Assembly (NCBI GenBank): GCA_028286605.1
Contig: JAQBRE010000002.1
Location: forward strand, 326,011 to 390,010
Reading direction: 5' to 3'
DNA length: 64,000 bases
From: Parcubacteria group bacterium
GTDB lineage: Bacteria > Patescibacteriota > Minisyncoccia > Phycocordibacterales > Phycocordibacteraceae
Shown here: positions 56,831 to 64,000 of the stretch, one piece after another
Numbering within the stretch: position 1 is the stretch's first letter
How the letters are laid out: each line of letters opens with the position of its first letter
The notes under the pieces: model-generated
Database searches by the model: none
What the model saw: only the letters and a program-made list of their open reading frames with translations
Told to the model about the DNA's origin: nothing
Made by a program: the position numbers and the translations under genes

Positions 56831-56862
56831 GTTTTGAGATAGTGCGGCACCTGATTTAGGCG

Positions 56863-56900
56863 AAACAAATAATGACCAGAATTCTGGTCATTATTTGTTT
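56863..56900. repeat. Perfect 38-bp palindrome, copy 2
   Basis: AAACAAATAATGACCAGAA|TTCTGGTCATTATTTGTTT; its core matches 13846-13875. Confidence 0.85.
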
Positions 56901-57007
56901 CCTCGCATTTAGATGTTCTCTGTCTGGAACGATGTTGGAACCTTGTTTGACAAACACACTATTGTGTAACAGTATCTTTCCAGACCAAACAGGATCGGAG
57001 ACCCCCT

Positions 57008-57313
57008 ATGAAGATCGCTGCTTTTCTTGATCGTTGGAGCTATGTGGTAATCGGCGTCAGCCTGCTGACCGGACTCTTCATGCACTTCATCCTCTTCACT
57101 ATGTTGGACGGGGTCAGTTGGTATGTCGACGGGTTCTACTACTGCTCCACCAACTACTGCGAGCAGAACAAGTACTACTGGATGAACCTCGTCGAAGGAT
57201 CATTCTTTGTCATGCCATTCGTCATCGCCGCGTTCTTCATCTTCTACAAGCTGATCCGGCTAATTGATTCAGAAACACGTCGTATCAAGCAAAGCCTGTC
57301 CGTCACAAATTGA
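57008..57313 (+). CDS. Hypothetical 2-TM membrane protein (SD-led orphan)
   Basis: TTGACA at 56947, GGAGA SD, a Tyr/Cys-rich loop and a downstream hairpin. Confidence 0.7.
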   Translation: MKIAAFLDRWSYVVIGVSLLTGLFMHFILFTMLDGVSWYVDGFYYCSTNYCEQNKYYWMNLVEGSFFVMPFVIAAFFIFYKLIRLIDSETRRIKQSLSVTN

Positions 57314-57510
57314 CCAACCGTTTCTTCGGCGGAACGAAACCTAAACCCCTTCGTTTCGTGCGGAGGGGCGGTTTTCTTTTCTATAAATTGAGTACTGGGA
57401 TACTGGGATGATGTTGGAACTTTTCTGAAGTGGCGCAGACTAGGGATCGAACTAAAAGACAAAAGGCCGGAGCGAAGCTCCGGCCTTTTGTCTTTTGCAC
57501 CGTGCGTGCG

Positions 57511-58641
57511 TTACTTCTTCGCCTTCGGCGCGCCTGCGTAGGCAAGCGTCATGCGCTGATCCTTAGGCTCGAAGAGCGTGATCGTGAACGGATACGTCTT
57601 TCCAAGCTCGAGCGCGTCGCGAAGCGTCGCAGGGGATTCGAACTCGCTGATGTGCACCAATCCGGCAACACCTTCCTCGATAGAAGCGAGCGCGCCATGC
57701 TTGTTGTACTTGATAACGACGCCGTGCACCTCCATACCCTTCTTGTATCGGTCTGCAGCGGTCTTCCAAGGATTCTCCTTGAGCGCCTTGATCGAAAGGG
57801 AAACCTTTCCATCCTTGATCTCAATAACCTTCACGCGGACCTTGTCGCCGACCTTGAAGAGAGTGCGAGGATCCTCAACGAGACCCCAATCGAGCTCGCT
57901 GATGTGCACGAGTCCTTCAAGACCATGCTCGAGCTTAACGAAGACTCCGAAATCAACCGCGCCAGTCACTTCACCTTCAACAGTGTCGCCAACCTGGTAC
58001 TTGTCGATGAGAGAGCCCTTTTCGGTCTCCTCGTCGCCGGTGCGCTCGCTGAAGATAAGCTTTCCTTCCTTAGGATCAGCCGTGATGATGCGAACCTGGA
58101 GCGTCTGGCCCGTAAGCTTCTGCAATTCGCCGAAGATCTTGTCCTTATCGCCTTCCGGTACGCGAGGGTAGTGATCCTTCGAAAGCTGGGAAGCAGGGAG
58201 GAAGCCCTGGATACCCTGCCATGAAAGGATGAGTCCGCCCTTGTTAGCCTCATCAACCGTAACGGTGAAGACGCTCTGTGCAGCGATAGCCTGTTCAGCC
58301 TCGCCCCAGATAGCAGCCTGACGAGCCTCCTTAAGGGAAAGCTCGATATAACCATCAAGACCTGCGGGGTCTACGACCTTCGCGGTGATAGAGTCGCCCG
58401 GGTTCGTCTTACGAAGAACGTCTGCGGCGTTAAGATATTCGCGTCCGTAGATGATGCCGGCACCGAATGGGGGCAAGTCAACATAGAGGCGGCCGCGTAC
58501 CAATTCGATGATGGTACCTTCGACCAAATCACCCATCTTAGGCGGGGTGGCGATGTCATCGATCTTCGAGGCCATTGGATGGCTCGGATCGAGAGTGAAC
58601 GTAGGGACAACCACAGGGGCTGCCTTTACTTCTTCGGGCAT
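57511..58641 (-). CDS. rpsA: 30S ribosomal protein S1 (short, four S1 domains)
   Basis: GFLPASQL, FGVFV...EGLVHISEL and LSIKAL..NPW repeats. Confidence 0.92.
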   Translation of the reverse strand: MPEEVKAAPVVVPTFTLDPSHPMASKIDDIATPPKMGDLVEGTIIELVRGRLYVDLPPFGAGIIYGREYLNAADVLRKTNPGDSITAKVVDPAGLDGYIELSLKEARQAAIWGEAEQAIAAQSVFTVTVDEANKGGLILSWQGIQGFLPASQLSKDHYPRVPEGDKDKIFGELQKLTGQTLQVRIITADPKEGKLIFSERTGDEETEKGSLIDKYQVGDTVEGEVTGAVDFGVFVKLEHGLEGLVHISELDWGLVEDPRTLFKVGDKVRVKVIEIKDGKVSLSIKALKENPWKTAADRYKKGMEVHGVVIKYNKHGALASIEEGVAGLVHISEFESPATLRDALELGKTYPFTITLFEPKDQRMTLAYAGAPKAKK

Positions 58642-58817
58642 ATTAGATAAATACAGGCTGCTTTTTGCGATAGGTACTGAACGCTTGCGCCTTCAGGGAT
58701 AGCCTATTCGCGTTCTTTTGCGGCCCGTGGAACTCAGGCAATATAACAGGAATAGGTATAAAAAGAAAGGCCCGAACACGAGGTTCGGGCCAGTTTGTTT
58801 TGTGGACGGAGCAGAGC

Positions 58818-59822
58818 CTACTTCTTTTTCTTCGAAGTGACTTGCTTGCCGCCGCTGGATGCGCCGCGCATGCCAAGGCGTTCTTGGCGATTCCGTTCCG
58901 CACGTTCGGCGAGTTTCGCCTTACGTTCGGCCGGAGCTCCTTTGCTGCTGGTCACGCTGGTGAAGCGCATTTCCGTCAGGCACAGCTGCGCCAGATCGCC
59001 GCAGTAGTTATCGCGGAAGTACTCGTACTCGAGTCCAGCCTTACCCAGAGCGTCCAGAACGTGCTTGCGCACGCCCTTGGTCAGCTTGCCGGCCTGCGCC
59101 TCCTGTTCCAGCAGATCGAAAACCTGCTGGAAGATCGGCGTGGACCGGATGCTCTTGATCGCGAGGATCGCAGCGAGCTGGTGATAGCCGGCATCCGCAC
59201 GCTTCACGCCTTGATCGGTCGACCTTTCAGCCGAGTTGATCACCGCGAGCGCGTGCTCGATGCGCAAGTTTCCTTGCGTAAGCAGAGGAAGCTCCACCAA
59301 CTTGAACTCGTCGCCGACACGCTCCACCCGACGGACGAAACCGTCTTCAGTGAAAATGTCAGCAAAATCGTTGACGTCGAAAGAGATCAGGATCTCCTGC
59401 GACGTTTGCTGGACGATGCTGCCGTTGGTGTCGACGCCGGCCCACAGGCGTTCTTTGGGCGTGATGCCCGCAGCGTAGCCGATGGTGACCTGCAGGAGCA
59501 TGGTCTTGTCGACGGTATGCGGACGAACGAGCAACGGGATGCCGTTGTCACGACCTTCCCACTCAATGGTGGCACGGCGCACGAAACCGACCTTGCGATC
59601 GTCAATTTCGTACACGCAGCCCCTGATGCCATCCCGGCGACGCGTAAAGCGCGAACCAGTGAAGAGCAGAACGGAGCCCATGGCGTGATTGAGTTCGAGT
59701 TCGAAGCCCGTCGTGAGCTTGCCTTCGAACGAAAGCTTGAAGCAATTCGATCGAAGGTTCGCATCCTCCTGTAAAAGGGCAGTCGGAGAAAACGAGGTGC
59801 GGCGAGTCAGTTGGTGAAGCAT
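58818..59822 (-). CDS. Hypothetical protein (SD-led orphan)
   Basis: 334-aa ORF with TTGACA-N18-TATATT promoter (59882-59911), AAGGAG SD, basic C-terminus and its own terminator. Confidence 0.7.
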   Translation of the reverse strand: MLHQLTRRTSFSPTALLQEDANLRSNCFKLSFEGKLTTGFELELNHAMGSVLLFTGSRFTRRRDGIRGCVYEIDDRKVGFVRRATIEWEGRDNGIPLLVRPHTVDKTMLLQVTIGYAAGITPKERLWAGVDTNGSIVQQTSQEILISFDVNDFADIFTEDGFVRRVERVGDEFKLVELPLLTQGNLRIEHALAVINSAERSTDQGVKRADAGYHQLAAILAIKSIRSTPIFQQVFDLLEQEAQAGKLTKGVRKHVLDALGKAGLEYEYFRDNYCGDLAQLCLTEMRFTSVTSSKGAPAERKAKLAERAERNRQERLGMRGASSGGKQVTSKKKK

Positions 59823-60011
59823 AACTGCTCCTTTTCAAGGAATAGAGACGTGCGAAATGCTCGCCTTTCAGTTCCATACTAAATATAACACACAATAATA
59901 AAATATGTCAATACTTTAAAATAGTATCCATATAAATGAAAACCCCCGCTCGCGTGATGCGAAACGGGGGCGCTTTCATAAGTCCGAAGACCTAAGAAAG
60001 ATTGTTGGCGG

Positions 60012-60155
60012 TTAGCCGCGGCCGAGGGCGTCGTTGCTCAGGCTGCCGGCGCCGGCGATGTTCTGGTTGTTGGCGATGTTGCAGTCCATATCGTTCCCAA
60101 GAGCCCTGTTGAGGCAGCGGGCACCGATCTGTTCGGTCATGGTGGCGATCTTCAT
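60012..60155 (-). CDS. 47-aa Asn/Gly-rich peptide with two Cys
   Basis: TTGACA (60231-60236) and TGGTATAGT promoter elements, AGGAAGG SD and a hairpin near 59943-59970. Confidence 0.55.
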   Translation of the reverse strand: MKIATMTEQIGARCLNRALGNDMDCNIANNQNIAGAGSLSNDALGRG

Positions 60156-60414
60156 CAGAAAATCCTTCCTGGTTGGAACGTGCCCTCCTGTGTGGTAAGG
60201 CTCATATAAACTATACCACGTAAGAATATTTGTCAATAGCAGTAAAATGTGGCCTCATATATAGGAAAACGCCCGTCAAAAAGACGGGCGTTGGAAGACC
60301 AGTAAACAAGAGGGGTGGGAGGAGGCGCGCTGAGGGGCGGTGCACCTCCTCCCCGGCTCGTCAGCTATCTACGTCCCTCGGGGGAAGGGGTGAGACTGCC
60401 AACGTGCCGTTCTC

Positions 60415-60585
60415 TTAAGCGCTATTGCGCGTGGTCATGTGGGTTCGACCCACAGTATCGGGATAGCTTCCGCGCGTACCGCGCAAATCCCTTGGGGTGT
60501 GGGCAGGGCTCTGCACACGCGTTTGCGACTGAATAGTGCGAGCGCGCTGGTGATGCTCTTCTGCCACCTTTTGATTATATGCCAT
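60415..60585 (-). CDS. 56-aa hypothetical peptide (not in ORF track)
   Basis: TAAGGAG SD then ATG GCA TAT AAT...TAA, translating as MAYNQKVAEEHHQRARTIQSQTRVQSPAHTPRDLRGTRGSYPDTVGRTHMTTRNSA. Confidence 0.5.
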   Translation of the reverse strand: MAYNQKVAEEHHQRARTIQSQTRVQSPAHTPRDLRGTRGSYPDTVGRTHMTTRNSA

Positions 60586-60664
60586 GTAAGGAACTCCTTA
60601 GAAACAAAACAACTGCCGCGAGGCAGTTCTCATTCAGAGTAACATATTTTGCGTTAGGGTCAAA

Positions 60665-60810
60665 TGAAGAACGCCTCACTGAAAGTGAGGCGTGTGATGT
60701 GGAGGCGGGCGGGCTCAGTAAGATTTGGGATCGTTTACCTTCACCTACCCGCCTCCACGGAGACGAAATAACGGGTCTGTCCTCCTTTCAGTTAGAATGG
60801 AGTAACAGCG
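60665..60810 (-). ncRNA. Candidate structured ncRNA
   Basis: TGGTATTGT element upstream, an 11-bp stem at 60699-60709/60748-60758 and a terminator at 60671-60693. No convincing ORF. Confidence 0.35.
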
Positions 60811-60879
60811 CTACAATACCACTATTTTTTGATTCGGGAAGAGCGCGTATACACCGTTCATGCTATAATCAAGGTACTT

Positions 60880-61521
60880 ATGGTTATCACCCACCACGGC
60901 GGCCAGTGCTTCAAGGTGACCTTCGGAGACTTCACGCTCGTCTTCGACCCTATCGCGAAAGGCTCATCGCTTCCGGGCGTACGTTTCGGTGCTGATATCG
61001 CGCTTGTCTCACGAAACCATGTAGACATGAATGGCATTGCGGAAGTTACCTACGGAGAAAAGGAACCCTTCGCTATCACGGGCCCCGGCGAATATGAAAA
61101 GGAAGGCATTACGATCCAGGGGTTCCTGACGAAGAGCGATTATGCGCTTGGAAAGGGTCAGGCTGAAGCTATTAATACGGTATATGCCGTGAAGCTCGAA
61201 GGAATGACGCTCGTGCACCTAGGTGCACTGGTGGATAAGACGCTTTCGCTCGAAGCACGTGAAGCTATCGATGAGATAGACGTGCTCTTCGTGCCGGTTG
61301 GCGGCGATGGCGTGCTTGATGCCGCTGAAGCGGCGAAAATCGCCACGTTCCTTGAGCCGAAGATCATTATTCCGATGCATTGGAGCGGCATGGGCGAAGC
61401 GGGTTCGCTTGAGACCTTTATAAAGGCAGCAGGCGGCGAATCTGAGAAGATGGACAAGCTTACGCTCAAGAAGAAAGATGTCGCTGAAAAAGACGGTGCT
61501 ATCATGGTGATAACTCCATAA
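60880..61521 (+). CDS. MBL-fold metallo-hydrolase-like protein
   Basis: ITHHGGQCFK...FDP, ITGPGEYE, HLG, DVLFVPVGG and IIPMH. Confidence 0.85.
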   Translation: MVITHHGGQCFKVTFGDFTLVFDPIAKGSSLPGVRFGADIALVSRNHVDMNGIAEVTYGEKEPFAITGPGEYEKEGITIQGFLTKSDYALGKGQAEAINTVYAVKLEGMTLVHLGALVDKTLSLEAREAIDEIDVLFVPVGGDGVLDAAEAAKIATFLEPKIIIPMHWSGMGEAGSLETFIKAAGGESEKMDKLTLKKKDVAEKDGAIMVITP

Positions 61522-61526
61522 CCTCT

Positions 61527-61913
61527 ATGGCACTTTCACATCACATTGAGAACCTGCGCGCGAAGCCGCATCATGTGCGCGAGCGCATCGCGTTCGGTAC
61601 GGCAGCGGGCATAACAGTATTGGTCGGTTTGGTCTGGGTCGGGACGCTTGCCGCTACCGGAGCGCTTTCGCTTAAGTCTGATAACACGGTTGTGACTGAC
61701 GGTACGAATGGCTCGGGTGATGCGCAGAGCGCTATCGCGCAGACGCAGACGAACTTCTCGCAGCTGATGGGCGCCGTAGGCGCCGCAACGGGCGTTTCAA
61801 CTACCAGCGCGCCTGCGCTCCGCATCGTTGACGATGGTACGAACTCGACGCTCGATTCGAAGAGTGCTGCCGTCGCGACGAATAATTCGAATGCCTCCGT
61901 CATTCCTTTTTAA
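61527..61913 (+). CDS. Hypothetical single-TM protein
   Basis: LRAKPHHVRERIA followed by a TM and a low-complexity tail. Confidence 0.7.
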   Translation: MALSHHIENLRAKPHHVRERIAFGTAAGITVLVGLVWVGTLAATGALSLKSDNTVVTDGTNGSGDAQSAIAQTQTNFSQLMGAVGAATGVSTTSAPALRIVDDGTNSTLDSKSAAVATNNSNASVIPF

Positions 61914-61932
61914 TACTGTTTAGATATTTTTC

Positions 61933-64000
61933 ATGGCACGCAAGAAAGAAGAACCATTGGCAGAGGGCGTCACGCCCCGCGTCAACATAATCGATCAGTC
62001 CATCACGACGGAAATGCGCCAGTCGTATATCGACTACGCGATGACCGTTATCACGAGCCGCGCATTGCCGGACGTACGTGACGGCCTGAAGCCGGTGCAT
62101 CGCCGCATCCTGTACGCGATGCGTCAGACCGGACTAACGCCGACGGCGAAGTTCCGCAAGAGCGCGACGGTAGTGGGAGAGGTGCTCGGTTCGTATCACC
62201 CGCACGGTGATGCTTCGGTGTACGACGCGATGGTGAAGCTCGTGCAGGATTTTACAACGCGCTATCCGCTCGTTGCCGGTCAAGGAAACTTCGGTTCTAT
62301 CGATGGGGATCCGCCTGCAGCGTATCGTTATACGGAAGCGAAGATGGCACGCCTCGCGGACGAGATGCTGCGTGACCTTGAAAAGGAAACGGTGGAATGG
62401 GCACCGAACTTCGACGGCTCGAAGCAGGAGCCGACGGTGCTGCCTGCGGCAGCCCCGAACCTCCTCCTTAACGGCGCGCTCGGTATCGCCGTCGGTATGG
62501 CGACGAACATTCCTCCGCACAACCTGCGCGAACTCATCGCTGCGACCACGCACCTCATAGATAATCCAGAAGCAACCACTGACGACCTTCTTCAGTTCGT
62601 GAAAGGTCCGGATTTCCCGATGGGCGCTATCGCCTTCAATCAGAAAGATATTCATCAGGCATACACCACCGGCCGTGGCGGCGTCGTCGTGCGTGGTGAA
62701 GCAGACATCGTAGAAGACAAGCGCGGCACGAGCATCATCATCACCTCAATTCCATATCGCGTTAATAAGGCAGACCTCATTACGCGTATCGCAGACCTCG
62801 TGCGTGATAAGAAGCTCGAAGGCATACGCGACCTTCGTGATGAATCTGCAGGGGATGATCATGGCCGCCCTGATATCCGTGTCGTCGTCGAACTGAAGGG
62901 TACGGCGCACCCGCAGGCTGTTTTGAATAATCTCTATAAGCACACCGAGCTCGAGAGCGCCTTCCACTACAACATGCTCGCGCTCGTTGATGGCGTGCCG
63001 CAGACGCTCTCACTCCTCGGGTTCCTCGAGAACTTCGTCGCGCATCGCCGCATCGTGGTGAAGCGTCGTACGGAATACGAGCTGCGCAAAGCGCAGGAAC
63101 GCGAGCACATCTTGCTCGGCCTTTCGATAGCGCTCGATCATATCGACGAAGTCATCAAGATCATTCGCGCATCGAAGGATGTGCCGACGGCGAGCGAGGC
63201 GCTCCAGAAGCGTTTCAAGTTCACTCCTATACAGACTGCAGCTATCCTCGCGATGCGCCTGCAGACGCTTGCCGGCCTCGAGCGCAAGAAGATCGAAGAC
63301 GAGCTCGCCGTCATACAGGCTGAGATAAAGCGTCTTCAGAAGATTCTTGCCACCGACAAGAACATCCTTTCCGTCGTACGCGAAGAACTCGTCATCATCG
63401 GCGAGAAGTTCGGTGATGATCGCCGTACGAAAATAGTGAAGGGCGGCGTGAAGAATATTTCCGTAGAAGACCTCGTGCCGGATGAGGAGTCCGTACTCGT
63501 ACTTACCGCAGGCGGCTACGTGAAGCGTACGAACCCTGATGAATACAAGATCCAGAAGCGCGGAGGCATCGGCGTCGTCGATATCGCGACCAAGGAAGAA
63601 GATGTGGTAACGCACCTTATCGGCACGTCTGCGCATAGCGAGCTCTTGTTCTTCACGGACTTCGGAAAGGCATATCAGATGAAGATGTATGAGATTCCGG
63701 AAGGACGACGCGCAACCAAGGGTAAGTCCATCATGAACTTCCTGCAGCTCGCTGCAGACGAGAAGGTGACCAGTGTTTTGCCTGTTCCTAAGGGAGCGGC
63801 TCGCGATGCGCTCGCCATATTCTTCGTTACTGCCGAAGGCGTCGTTAAGAAAGTGGAATCGAAGAACTTCGCGGATGTACGCCGTTCCGGCATCATCGCT
63901 ATCGCGCTTAAGGGCGGCGACAAGCTTATATCTGCAGAACTCTGCGCGAGCGAAGACAGTATTTCTATCGTTACGGCGCAGGGCCAGTCCATTCGTTTCA
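61933..64000 (+). CDS. gyrA: DNA gyrase subunit A (3' partial)
   Basis: Translated by eye: SYIDYAM..I.SRALPDVRDGLKPVHRR, YHPHGD, AAYRYTEA and GyrA-box QKRGGIG. The frame runs off the window. Confidence 0.98.
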   Translation, partial: MARKKEEPLAEGVTPRVNIIDQSITTEMRQSYIDYAMTVITSRALPDVRDGLKPVHRRILYAMRQTGLTPTAKFRKSATVVGEVLGSYHPHGDASVYDAMVKLVQDFTTRYPLVAGQGNFGSIDGDPPAAYRYTEAKMARLADEMLRDLEKETVEWAPNFDGSKQEPTVLPAAAPNLLLNGALGIAVGMATNIPPHNLRELIAATTHLIDNPEATTDDLLQFVKGPDFPMGAIAFNQKDIHQAYTTGRGGVVVRGEADIVEDKRGTSIIITSIPYRVNKADLITRIADLVRDKKLEGIRDLRDESAGDDHGRPDIRVVVELKGTAHPQAVLNNLYKHTELESAFHYNMLALVDGVPQTLSLLGFLENFVAHRRIVVKRRTEYELRKAQEREHILLGLSIALDHIDEVIKIIRASKDVPTASEALQKRFKFTPIQTAAILAMRLQTLAGLERKKIEDELAVIQAEIKRLQKILATDKNILSVVREELVIIGEKFGDDRRTKIVKGGVKNISVEDLVPDEESVLVLTAGGYVKRTNPDEYKIQKRGGIGVVDIATKEEDVVTHLIGTSAHSELLFFTDFGKAYQMKMYEIPEGRRATKGKSIMNFLQLAADEKVTSVLPVPKGAARDALAIFFVTAEGVVKKVESKNFADVRRSGIIAIALKGGDKLISAELCASEDSISIVTAQGQSIRF

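Overview
A 64-kb chromosomal segment from a reduced-genome bacterium using the standard genetic code. The gene set, PG-binding surface proteins, solo PemK genes and SD-less translation starts point to Patescibacteria/CPR, Parcubacteria-like (inference). It is mostly housekeeping: msrAB, bcp, nth, mutY-like, rnj, secG, groES/EL, lemA-htpX, nrdAB, rnpB, murJ, lepA, valS, tsaD, nfi, trxB, ftsZ/ftsA, ybeY, rpsU, lepB, pth, rpsA, a partial gyrA and six tRNAs. No CRISPR array, transposase or integrase is seen. The best novel candidate is a pair of antitoxin-less PemK/MazF-fold genes. Each is faced by a convergent, separately promoted tiny RNA with a conserved, covarying hairpin/pseudoknot motif, suggesting an RNA-antitoxin (type III-like) system. 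Other notable signals are: (1) a twice-repeated covarying three-way-junction element 7 nt after the hsp20 and ftsZ stop codons; (2) orphan monocistronic genes with strong Shine-Dalgarno sites, most also with TTGACA promoters, in an otherwise SD-less genome; (3) two tRNA-adjacent surface proteins with shared termini but different beta-helix passengers; (4) a degenerate HisRS paralogue; (5) a cluster of small peptides and candidate ncRNAs near 60 kb. All calls were made by eye and no database searches were run.
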